This document shows, in pieces, positions 11,465 through 20,524 of a stretch of 64,000 nt of DNA. The notes below the pieces were generated by a model. The model was not told the origin of the DNA and searched no databases. It saw only the letters and a program-made list of their open reading frames with translations. Origin of the DNA: a virus; IMG/VR virus record IMGVR_UViG_3300025168_000047, positions 25,423-89,422 of that record. One strand, written 5' to 3'. The position numbers and the translations under genes are program-made. Position 1 is the stretch's first letter; each line of letters opens with the position of its first letter.

Positions 11465-14400
11465 ATGGTTAACAACAAGTTTGGCCCACCCGGCCCACCA
11501 AATCAACCGCCACCGCCTCAAGGTGGCACAAGTAATATCGAGACAGATCCTGATGCGCAGGGAGTCCCACAAATGGGCCAACCCGGAGGAACTGAAAACG
11601 ACCCCTCTAATACAAACCCGAATGCTTCTGCCGCAGGGAGCACAGACGAGACTGGTGGAAAAGCTGCTGGAAAAACAACAGGGCTTACTTTCCCCCCCGG
11701 AAACGGCTCAACGTATACTAATGACAATATATCGAATGCCGAATCCCCTTTACAGAAGCACTCTGATAAAATCCCCGGTGGATTTAAAGAGTCTGCAAAA
11801 GAGATGGTCGCGAAAGAACTCCAACAAATGCAAGAAGTGGAGCTTAAATGGGCCGAATTACAATCAGTAAATCTAGGTGAGATTCAACCACAAAATTATA
11901 AAGCATGCGGTGGTTATATAGGCAAAGAGGTCTTTTATGGCTTCCCACCAAGAGCTTTCTTGGGAAAAGCTGTCCCGGGATTAGGGATGCAGGAGATGTG
12001 GGCAGAGTTAACTACTCAAAAAACAGACCCCAACTCAGACGTGATCAGAGAATCTTTGGGAAAAATATGGACACCATTCGCCCCAATCGATGCAGTAGAA
12101 GAAGAGGTGTCCAATTTGGAAGATCGAATTGTCTATGCACAGCATCCAAAAGGTAAAGCTGCAGAATTTATAACTGCCGCCAATTCGGATGAAATATTTA
12201 ACTACTCTTTTCCAAAAGAAATCATTGAAGGTGGAATTCCTTATGGAGATGCAACACAGACCACCTATTTTGTACCTCAAAAGAACAATTTAGATAGTGC
12301 AAAGAACTTTTCTTTTATTGATAAAACAGGTAGATTGGTTAATAAAGAAACAATTGTATTGTGGACAACAAAAAATCCATCTCAAGTTGATCGCACACAG
12401 CTTGGACTTGATGCTTTCTCAAATTTCGAGTTCAAACCGATGGTTGAAAAGATTATGACTGATCAATCCACCGGATGGAGAGCCAGAAAGAAACAAGATC
12501 ACTTCTTCTTATATACGAAACCGTACGAGACAGGAGATCCCAAGGCACCAAATATCAACAACCACTTGCACGTCAATCAGAAATCTAATTACAATTTTTA
12601 TTTAAAAGGTTTTGAAGAAGCAATTCAGTCAGAAGCTGTAGCTGAATCTATTTTGCCTAGCCTTCTTGTGACCGGCATTGAAGAAGCCATGCCTTCAACC
12701 GAAGATATTCTTGTACAAGGGCAGTTCGGAAATTTAGTTAACTATAATCACGATCTGGTATCCGATACTCACGATTTTGTAACTATGGGCGGCCTAGTAG
12801 AGGACGTGTTTATCGATGTTTTGGACAAAGACGAATCCAAAAAAGCTTATTCCAACGTCAGCAACAGTAAGACAGAGTTGGATAGGGGACAATATTTTGT
12901 TAAATGGACTGACGCATTGAAGCTTAAAAGTGGCAATTCTAAAAGAACCGAATTAAGTAACAAATACAGTACACAAATAATCCTGCAAGGCGGGAACTAT
13001 TTTATGAATGATTTCGTAACTCGAAAAACTCAGTTCCCAATGAACAACACTCTAAGTATTGCATGCCCTCAGTCTCCAGCAAACTTGGCATCCCCTTGTC
13101 CAGACGGCGCATTCACCAAATTAGTTGACCTGCTTGACTTCTACGATCTGAGATATCCCGTTTTTAAGACAATCTCTCAGGTCGCAAATGGAGGACAGCC
13201 ACCGATTGAAGATGCTACAATTGGCAACTTCGTTGAATCGAGCCGCTTTGATATGTACAATTACACCGCTAAGCAGAGACTGACAGGCCCCGAAGTCGGC
13301 GGCTTGACACAACCTTTTGTAACATATCCAGCAATTAATTTTTATAGTAGTTATGTTCCGTCAGGCGTCAAAGATTTTGCAGGCGAGATTTATCCACATG
13401 ACTGGATCGATATGTTCGCGCAAAAAGGCTCTAGTCTCTTTAATTCAACAGAGGGCTTGGTAGCTTCCCCAACAAATTCAGATATTACATTTGGATATAG
13501 TTTTACCAAAGACAACTATGCTCCAACATCAGTTAATCGAATTGCGAGAGTTACAAAAGTTAAAGAAGCTTTGAACGATATGCTAGCCGAGAAAACCAGA
13601 AGCTATAGAGAAATTTTAGAAGGTAAAGTAGCTTGCACAGAATATGTTGGTTTCCGAGTAGAAAAAATTGGAATTACAGAGAACGCCGAAGGAGAGGAAG
13701 CGGAAACTGTATTGCAGAATTACTTGTTACCTTATCCAAAAGAGACAGTATTAGAATTTGTTGATACACAAGTAAAATACAACAAAGGTTACAAATATAA
13801 AATATATGCTTATTTAGCTATCTTTGGCACAGAGTATGAGTATCATTTCCCTCAAGCAGCCGCCGTTCCTTTCGAAGGATTAGACGAAGAAGATAAGCTT
13901 GATTACTGGTCTGATAAAATCTCTCACGAGCCAAGTCCAGATGAATATGAAGACGAAGAGGTTGACAACGCTGAGTTTGAAGGTCTTTCAGAAGCATATG
14001 GCGGTGGAGATTTCACTCCGGGTGCCATCGGCGCTAAGGTGATGGGAGCGATGAACAACTTAAATGACGCTATGCAGGAAATGCAAAACGCGGCTAACAA
14101 TGTAGATAAGTTAGAACAAACTCAAAATCAAGCAGCCCCACCATTGCCAATGAGTTCCAAAGGATTAACGCAAATTAAGCAGCCTGTAAGAATGAATCAA
14201 GGCGGCGATAATGTTTATGCTCTTTTCCTTGATGTGATTTCTAGACCGTCACTGAAGATTGTTGAGATTCCATATTATGATACACCAGTCCTCAGAGTTA
14301 TGGATCGTCCGCCAATCGCACCAAACGTGGAGATCATTCCATACAGAGGAAAGAACGACAACTATTTGATCAACTTAGAACAAGGAATAGGTAAGCAGTT

Positions 14401-15355
14401 AGCTGTGCCACAGCCTATCTTCCCAGAAGATGCCGGCCTGTTCTATAAACAGTATGAGGCACAATACCCATCTTTGACCGATTCTCCGGCAGCAGTATAT
14501 CTAGCTGGCGGATTGGCAGCATTGTCCGGCCAACAGGTGCCATCTGATGTTAGTGTTATCGAAACGATTCGCGACATCTTTACAGAGAAGCCAATAGAAT
14601 ATAGTAACGACGATCCTCCAGCCACTTATCAAATTTTTAGATTGGAGTCTGCGCCCACTTCTTATTTAGATTTCGCAAACGGCGATTATTTAGAAATTGA
14701 GTCTAATGGAGTAACATCTGTCTCATTCAGGCCCGGAGAGATGGGAAGAATCCGTCCAAATAAGAAATATTACTACACTTTTAGAACATTAGATATTCAT
14801 GGCCAAATTTCAAACCCAACTCAGATCTATGAAGTTCTGTTAGTAGATGACTCCGGAGCCGTTTATTTAGATGTAAGAGGTTATGAATTTCCGAAAGCTG
14901 AAAGAAACTATAAAAAAGGCTTGAAGAGATTCTTGAGCGTTGCGCCAACTATGGAGCAGACTGCTTGGACTCCAAAAACAAATTCAGACGGAGAAATTGA
15001 AAGATACCAAAGCAAAGATGTAAAGATTGGTAGAGAAGAGGGTTCCTTATTCGACAGCGGAAAGAAATATAAAATAAGAGTGACGTCAAAGAAAACTGGC
15101 CGAAAGATAGATTTCAACTTAAAGTTCATAACATCAAGCAAGATGACACCAGAAGAAATCGAAGCGTTCTGGAAACAACCTCTTTCAGGAATTGAAGCAG
15201 CTAAACAAGCTTTGGAAGACTCGGTAGAAAATGTACAGGCGGCAACTGAAGGGATTCAAAATGTAATATCAAATGCAGCCGCCTCATTGGGCCTTCCTCC
15301 TCTTGGCGGAAGCTCTGGAAACGGTGGTGGAGGTTCCACCGGTGGAAATTATTAA
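11465..15355 (+). CDS. Large hypothetical (probably virion) protein
   Basis: 1296-aa ORF with GGAGG RBS; Pro/Gly-rich ends; beta-sandwich-like stretches (FVDTQVKYNKGYKYKIY, PNKKYYYTFR); ends TGGNY. Confidence 0.5.
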   Translation: MVNNKFGPPGPPNQPPPPQGGTSNIETDPDAQGVPQMGQPGGTENDPSNTNPNASAAGSTDETGGKAAGKTTGLTFPPGNGSTYTNDNISNAESPLQKHSDKIPGGFKESAKEMVAKELQQMQEVELKWAELQSVNLGEIQPQNYKACGGYIGKEVFYGFPPRAFLGKAVPGLGMQEMWAELTTQKTDPNSDVIRESLGKIWTPFAPIDAVEEEVSNLEDRIVYAQHPKGKAAEFITAANSDEIFNYSFPKEIIEGGIPYGDATQTTYFVPQKNNLDSAKNFSFIDKTGRLVNKETIVLWTTKNPSQVDRTQLGLDAFSNFEFKPMVEKIMTDQSTGWRARKKQDHFFLYTKPYETGDPKAPNINNHLHVNQKSNYNFYLKGFEEAIQSEAVAESILPSLLVTGIEEAMPSTEDILVQGQFGNLVNYNHDLVSDTHDFVTMGGLVEDVFIDVLDKDESKKAYSNVSNSKTELDRGQYFVKWTDALKLKSGNSKRTELSNKYSTQIILQGGNYFMNDFVTRKTQFPMNNTLSIACPQSPANLASPCPDGAFTKLVDLLDFYDLRYPVFKTISQVANGGQPPIEDATIGNFVESSRFDMYNYTAKQRLTGPEVGGLTQPFVTYPAINFYSSYVPSGVKDFAGEIYPHDWIDMFAQKGSSLFNSTEGLVASPTNSDITFGYSFTKDNYAPTSVNRIARVTKVKEALNDMLAEKTRSYREILEGKVACTEYVGFRVEKIGITENAEGEEAETVLQNYLLPYPKETVLEFVDTQVKYNKGYKYKIYAYLAIFGTEYEYHFPQAAAVPFEGLDEEDKLDYWSDKISHEPSPDEYEDEEVDNAEFEGLSEAYGGGDFTPGAIGAKVMGAMNNLNDAMQEMQNAANNVDKLEQTQNQAAPPLPMSSKGLTQIKQPVRMNQGGDNVYALFLDVISRPSLKIVEIPYYDTPVLRVMDRPPIAPNVEIIPYRGKNDNYLINLEQGIGKQLAVPQPIFPEDAGLFYKQYEAQYPSLTDSPAAVYLAGGLAALSGQQVPSDVSVIETIRDIFTEKPIEYSNDDPPATYQIFRLESAPTSYLDFANGDYLEIESNGVTSVSFRPGEMGRIRPNKKYYYTFRTLDIHGQISNPTQIYEVLLVDDSGAVYLDVRGYEFPKAERNYKKGLKRFLSVAPTMEQTAWTPKTNSDGEIERYQSKDVKIGREEGSLFDSGKKYKIRVTSKKTGRKIDFNLKFITSSKMTPEEIEAFWKQPLSGIEAAKQALEDSVENVQAATEGIQNVISNAAASLGLPPLGGSSGNGGGGSTGGNY

Positions 15356-15428
15356 TATGAATGTGAATAAAAAGCATATTCCATTACAGCAAACTACTTA
15401 TTTTGTGTTAAAGTAAGGAAATTATAGC

Positions 15429-15436
15429 ACTATTTA
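15429..15436 (+). promoter_or_regulatory. Candidate late promoter ACTATTTA (second copy ACTACTTA at 15393-15400)
   Basis: Recurrent motif about 20 nt upstream of ATG 15456; same motif precedes many structural genes. Confidence 0.65.
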
Positions 15437-15455
15437 GATAAACGGAGATTTAACT

Positions 15456-16442
15456 ATGGGATTTTTGGATAACAGCGGCGATATTATTTTAGATGCCGTG
15501 TTAACTGACACAGGAAGAATGAGATTGGCAAGAGGCGATGGCTCTTTTAAAATTGTCAAGTTCGCTCTTAGCGATGATGAAATCAACTACGAACTTTATA
15601 GAAACAGTAACCATGCAAATGGTGCTCACCCTAGCGGTTCTGCTTACTACGACTTGGATATTTTGCAAACTCCTGTTTTAGAAGCTTTCACGAACAATAC
15701 ATCGTTAATGAAGTCCAAGCTCGTTTCAATCCCCAGAACAAATCTTTTGTATCTTCCGATCCTAAAGCTTAATGAAACTCGCGGTGACCTCACTAGAAAT
15801 GCTACTGCTGCACAAGCAAACGGATTTTTTGTGATCGCAGTAGACTCAGATACAACCCGAGCCCACGACGCTAGCACAAACGCTGGTCTTTTTGAGACCA
15901 CAAACGGTACCATCAACGGTATCACCGGCGACGGTGCGATTATTAGAGTTGATCAAGGTTTGGACACTGCAGATATTTCTCCACGTCGCGATCTAGATGC
16001 AGACTTAGTTGAGACACAATTTATTATTGAGATGGATAACAGACTAGGTTCTCTTGTTCCTTCTTCAGCAACATCTCGACGAGCCGCAGCGCCCGCAACA
16101 CCAGCATTTATCGATGACGATAACATTGCTGCATATAATCTTTCTCTTAGAACCGATACTGCTTTCGTGACTAGAAACACAAGCAAGGAAACAAAAGGCT
16201 CTGGAACACCAGAGACTCTAGAGGGTCCAAGAGGAACAACTTTCCAATTCAAAATCAAATCTTCAGTACAACTGCAAGATGGAAACAAACTGTTCGAGAA
16301 AATTGGTGTAATGAATGCGTCTTGGACGCCTACCGGCGTAGCAGCTATGACTGTTCACTACATTGATACAATAGTACGTGTATCCGGCGGAACAACAGGA
16401 TATAGAATCGACATTCCAGTTAGATTTATTAAAAAGGCATAA
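15456..16442 (+). CDS. Putative baseplate / tail-collar structural protein
   Basis: N-terminal DAVLTDTGRMRLARG...FALSDDEINY resembles tail-fibre/baseplate attachment N-termini; preceded by late motif and GGAG RBS. Confidence 0.5.
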   Translation: MGFLDNSGDIILDAVLTDTGRMRLARGDGSFKIVKFALSDDEINYELYRNSNHANGAHPSGSAYYDLDILQTPVLEAFTNNTSLMKSKLVSIPRTNLLYLPILKLNETRGDLTRNATAAQANGFFVIAVDSDTTRAHDASTNAGLFETTNGTINGITGDGAIIRVDQGLDTADISPRRDLDADLVETQFIIEMDNRLGSLVPSSATSRRAAAPATPAFIDDDNIAAYNLSLRTDTAFVTRNTSKETKGSGTPETLEGPRGTTFQFKIKSSVQLQDGNKLFEKIGVMNASWTPTGVAAMTVHYIDTIVRVSGGTTGYRIDIPVRFIKKA

Positions 16443-16454
16443 TAGGTAAAAAAC

Positions 16455-17579
16455 ATGGCAACACAATTTAAAGCAATTGGCAATAATGATGTAACTAAGA
16501 CGAAAACGCTTATTCATGAAGCGATTCCTCTTACAGGAACATTAGTTTCGGGAACTTATGGCAAAGCGCCATATGCAGGCTTAGGTAGCGAAAGAAACAT
16601 TAAGAACTTTTCCCATGGAATGTTCCAATCTGTTTTTGACTATCCACACCTTAGCTCTTCCGCTAATCATCTTTTCGACGTTACATTTGGTTACAACACT
16701 AATTCACCAATGTCGGGAACATCGGCGAGAGTTCAACAAGAGAAAAAGATTAACATCTACAATCAGATGGCTCAGGTTCTCATGGGACACGACATTACTG
16801 GTGGGATTAAAAACTTTACTTGGGGGCCAAATGGTAAAGAAATGAACTCTTGTTTCTTTGTCAACTTCTCCCGCTTGTTAACAAAAGACGAGATTAAAAA
16901 AGGTTCCTTCGAAATGCTTATTGGTACAGGTTCTGCTGCTGAGCCGTTTGGTGATACCACCACTGGTGCCGGCGGCCTAGGCTTCACTGTTGTTAAGCGA
17001 CCAGCTTCTGCAGCAGGTATTGACAGCTTTTACACAGATTCTCCAGCCGGAGAGTATGCGTTACTGTCTTCATCAAAAAACCAAAATGCTGGATTACTTT
17101 TTTATCAAGCAGGGATCGCAGTTCTTACATCTTCTCTTTTGATCGCTCAATCGGGAAATGCAAACTTCACCCCAGCCGCAGCAGGAATCCTTCAGCTTTC
17201 CGGTGCAGCTTGGAACACCACCGTAGGCGGTGCTGAAATGATTCAGGCAATTATGACCGGATCTTCGATTACAGCTTCCTGTAATGAGTTCCGACACCGT
17301 TTGAAGAATGTTAAGTTCAACAACACAACCGAACTGCACTCTACAATATACTATATCCGTGCTCACCACAACGAGTTCAACTATAGTGGAAATCCAACAT
17401 ACCTTTCTGGATCTAAGATTCGTGTGAAAACTTCAACGACAGAAGAACCAGTATCGTATATCACAACTGTTGGTATGTATTCTGCAGATAATGAGCTTAT
17501 GGCTGTTGCAAAACTTTCTGAGCCGATTAAGAAGACACCAAACACGGATCTAACGTTACGTGTTAGACTGGACTATTAG
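16455..17579 (+). CDS. Putative baseplate structural protein
   Basis: C-terminal FNYSGNPTY...YITTVGMYSADNELMAVAKLSEPIKK...LRVRLDY, paralogous to the next gene's C-terminus. Confidence 0.55.
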   Translation: MATQFKAIGNNDVTKTKTLIHEAIPLTGTLVSGTYGKAPYAGLGSERNIKNFSHGMFQSVFDYPHLSSSANHLFDVTFGYNTNSPMSGTSARVQQEKKINIYNQMAQVLMGHDITGGIKNFTWGPNGKEMNSCFFVNFSRLLTKDEIKKGSFEMLIGTGSAAEPFGDTTTGAGGLGFTVVKRPASAAGIDSFYTDSPAGEYALLSSSKNQNAGLLFYQAGIAVLTSSLLIAQSGNANFTPAAAGILQLSGAAWNTTVGGAEMIQAIMTGSSITASCNEFRHRLKNVKFNNTTELHSTIYYIRAHHNEFNYSGNPTYLSGSKIRVKTSTTEEPVSYITTVGMYSADNELMAVAKLSEPIKKTPNTDLTLRVRLDY

Positions 17580-17605
17580 AGGCATACTCCTCTAAGGGAG
17601 ATAAT

Positions 17606-19060
17606 ATGCCTTATTATAGATTTAAAGAAACAGACATTTTCCACAACGTACTTAAGACACATCCAAAAACTGTGTTTTCGATATACGGAGGAAGAGTCTT
17701 TTACAATAACTCTTATGTCGAATCGGGCTCTTTCACAGGTTCAGTTGCTGCTCCAACTGGAACGGTTAGTTTGTTTGAGCAGAACGTTGATAGAACAAAG
17801 GTTAACACTTCTGCACCAGATTTTCCGGGGACAGTCAATTATCGTAGACTGAATGGCCAAGGTGCCGGCCCAGATTACATTTTTCCGTTTGTTTCAAAAA
17901 CAGGCGAGATGACAACATTCAAGACGATTAGCACAGGTTCGTTTAATGAAGCTCTGTATGGAGATCGACTTTATGGCCCAGCTATGCTAACAGCTAGCAT
18001 TTCTAGAGAATACTTCTCACAAGACACAAGATGGGGACATGGTGCGCTTTATTCCGAGACTATACACTCAGAAGCTTCAGGATCTGCTCCAAATCGTTTT
18101 ACTATTGAAAATGTGTCGCCAGATAACTACCCAAAAGTTAAAAACAAGACTGTCGATATCTCAGTATCTTCGTCACATTTGGATGCTTTAAGAAATACAT
18201 TTGATTATTATACTTATCTTAGTCCACACTTTGCTTATTCTGCCTCACATGCAGCTTGGAATTTTGGAACTTATGACAAGGGTCATCAAGAATTAAACCT
18301 GATTAGTGTTCCTTCTATCTTTTTTGGATCATCAATTAAAAAGGGAAGCGTGCATTTAAAGTGGTACGTCAGTGGAACGCTGATGGCAGAGTGTCATGAC
18401 CGTGAACAAAACGGAGAGCTTATTCAAGTCAGTGGCTCAGGCTCCCCAGCAGGCTACGATTCGGCAACTGGAAGTGTTGCAGGAGTTGTGTTATATAATG
18501 AGGGTTTCATGGCTCTAACGGGCACATGGTCGCTTAATGACGACTATACAGACAAGTTTCGTCACGCTGCTGGAACACCAAAGTCAGCAGAGTCTCCAAG
18601 ATGGACTTATTTTGGTGTCGGAGCTAACGATAACTCCGGCTCTGTTGTTCATTCAGTATCCCACAATGTATCTTCGAGTTTCGTAATTGAGTTTGAAGGA
18701 ACTCAAAATGTACCAGTGATGACTCTTATGGCTCACGCACCAAAACGTGATTTAAATCATTCAAACAATCCAACTTTTATTAGTGGAAACTTAAATGCAA
18801 ATAGAAAATTATCTAAAGGCTCTGCACTTCCTTTCTTAACAAGCTCGATACAATATAAAGAAGACGACTTAACTCAAATTAGAAACGTGGTTAGTAGTTC
18901 ATTTAAAGATCACACCGGAAGTTTTGACAAAACTACGTATATTTCTCAGGTAGGAATATATGATGAAAGCCGAAACTTAATTGGTATCGCAAAACTGGCC
19001 AATCCAATCAAAAAAACTGAACAAAGAGAATATACATTTAAACTTAAGCTCGATATCTGA
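17606..19060 (+). CDS. Putative baseplate structural protein
   Basis: C-terminal LNHSNNPTF...YISQVGIYDESRNLIGIAKLANPIKK...FKLKLDI; very rich in S/T-x-S. Confidence 0.55.
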   Translation: MPYYRFKETDIFHNVLKTHPKTVFSIYGGRVFYNNSYVESGSFTGSVAAPTGTVSLFEQNVDRTKVNTSAPDFPGTVNYRRLNGQGAGPDYIFPFVSKTGEMTTFKTISTGSFNEALYGDRLYGPAMLTASISREYFSQDTRWGHGALYSETIHSEASGSAPNRFTIENVSPDNYPKVKNKTVDISVSSSHLDALRNTFDYYTYLSPHFAYSASHAAWNFGTYDKGHQELNLISVPSIFFGSSIKKGSVHLKWYVSGTLMAECHDREQNGELIQVSGSGSPAGYDSATGSVAGVVLYNEGFMALTGTWSLNDDYTDKFRHAAGTPKSAESPRWTYFGVGANDNSGSVVHSVSHNVSSSFVIEFEGTQNVPVMTLMAHAPKRDLNHSNNPTFISGNLNANRKLSKGSALPFLTSSIQYKEDDLTQIRNVVSSSFKDHTGSFDKTTYISQVGIYDESRNLIGIAKLANPIKKTEQREYTFKLKLDI

Positions 19061-19066
19061 TATAAT
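19058..19066 (+). promoter_or_regulatory. Extended -10 sigma70-type promoter (TGaTATAAT), probably giving a leaderless mRNA
   Basis: TGATATAAT ends 7 nt before ATG 19074; no SD in between. Confidence 0.55.
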
Positions 19067-19073
19067 AGTATAT

Positions 19074-19604
19074 ATGATTTTAGGTTTAGATGTATCCACT
19101 TCGATCACAGGCGCTACCGTTTTAGATGATAACGGAGAGATTATTTATTGTGAAGCATGGGACTTCCGCAATAAGAGAAAGTATCCAACACTTTTTCAAA
19201 AAGCTCAACAATTTCAAAGAGAACTTGAAAACTTACATCAGATTAAGCGATTCAAGATTGACGAGGTTTTCATTGAACAATCCTTGCAAGCATTCCGCCC
19301 CGGATTCTCTTCTGCAAAAACTATCTTGACTTTAGCTAAATTTAATGGTATAGTATCTTATATCTGTGAAAAATGCTATCTTAAGCCTCCTGAATTTATT
19401 GGTGCTTCCACTGCAAGAAAGATTTGTGGGATAAAAGTAGAGAAAGGAAAAAAGGCAAAAGAAGTAGTTTTAAATTTTTTACTTGACAAAGAGGATTCTT
19501 TTAATATAGAATATACAAAGCACGGTAACCCTACACCGGGATCTTATGATCGTGCAGATTCTTATATTATAGCGAAAGCAGGATGGATAAACTTAAAATC
19601 TTAA
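19074..19604 (+). CDS. ruvC: RuvC-like Holliday junction resolvase
   Basis: MILGLDVSTSITG (first catalytic Asp), FIEQ (Glu), YDRADS (DxxD); ATG 19074 preferred to the TTG at 18981 that overlaps the upstream gene. Confidence 0.8.
   Translation: MILGLDVSTSITGATVLDDNGEIIYCEAWDFRNKRKYPTLFQKAQQFQRELENLHQIKRFKIDEVFIEQSLQAFRPGFSSAKTILTLAKFNGIVSYICEKCYLKPPEFIGASTARKICGIKVEKGKKAKEVVLNFLLDKEDSFNIEYTKHGNPTPGSYDRADSYIIAKAGWINLKS
19483..19512 (+). promoter_or_regulatory. sigma70-type promoter TTGACA-N18-TAGAAT upstream of primase
   Basis: Perfect -35 at 19483-19488 and near-consensus -10 at 19507-19512, inside the resolvase gene, 70 nt before the primase start. Confidence 0.5.
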
Positions 19605-20515
19605 AAAACATATTGGGTAAGACCTACAATTCCGGAGACGAAAATCTTTATTCGTGTCCTTATTGTAAGCACCATAAAAAGAAGCTTTCTGTCAATGTTG
19701 ACAAAGACTTCTTTAAGTGTTGGGTTTGCGACATGAGCGGGAGAACTGTGCGTCGTTTGGTTCGCCGGTTTGGTACGTTTCAACAGTTGCAGGAGTGGGA
19801 TAAATTAAGTGGTAAAACAGACATATCGACTTTTGATGAGATCTTCGATTTTAAATACACTCCAGATCCCTTACAAAGAATATCAATTCCAGATGAATTC
19901 GTAACTTTAACTGGCAAAAGCCAGCCCACATCCTCAACGCACGCTATGAAATACTTGGAGAATAGAGGAATCACCTCTAATGACATGTTACGTTGGAAAA
20001 TGGGGTATTGTGTCAGAGGACAATATGAGGGCCGTATTGTTATACCATCGTTTGATGAAGAAGGGTATATAAATTATTTTGTAGCTAGAGCTTATGACAG
20101 TAATTGGCGCAAGTACATGAACCCATCTCTTTCAAAAGATATCGTTTTCAACCAGTTATATGTTGATTGGGACTCTGATATAGTATTGGTAGAGGGCGTA
20201 TTCGATGCAATCAAAGCAGGAACCAACTCTATTCCGCTTTTGGGTTCAACATTAAGAGAAAACTCAAAGCTTTTCCAAGAAATAGTCAAAAATGACTCAT
20301 CAGTATATCTAGCTTTAGATCCAGATGCAGAAAAGAAGACTTTAAGAATGATAAAGATCTTGTTGAGTTACGGCATAGAAACATATAAAATAGACATATC
20401 CGGCTACGAAGATGTCGGAGAGATGTCAAAAGAGGAGTTCTCGGTCAGAAAATCACAGGCCAAGACAATCAATCCAGAAATGTTCTCAATGGAACAGGCG
20501 CTAAATACATTATAG
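19583..20515 (+). CDS. DNA primase (Zn-finger plus TOPRIM)
   Basis: CPYC..H...CWVC zinc finger; YLENRGI; RIVIP; TOPRIM LVEGVFDAI and LDPD. Confidence 0.9.
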   Translation: MDKLKILKNILGKTYNSGDENLYSCPYCKHHKKKLSVNVDKDFFKCWVCDMSGRTVRRLVRRFGTFQQLQEWDKLSGKTDISTFDEIFDFKYTPDPLQRISIPDEFVTLTGKSQPTSSTHAMKYLENRGITSNDMLRWKMGYCVRGQYEGRIVIPSFDEEGYINYFVARAYDSNWRKYMNPSLSKDIVFNQLYVDWDSDIVLVEGVFDAIKAGTNSIPLLGSTLRENSKLFQEIVKNDSSVYLALDPDAEKKTLRMIKILLSYGIETYKIDISGYEDVGEMSKEEFSVRKSQAKTINPEMFSMEQALNTL

Positions 20516-20524
20516 AGGTTTAAT

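Noticed and set aside
17576-17595. Hairpin TTAGAGG-CATACT-CCTCTAA between two baseplate genes as a terminator
   Set aside because: Short stem, no U-tract, and directly followed by the next RBS; too weak to call.
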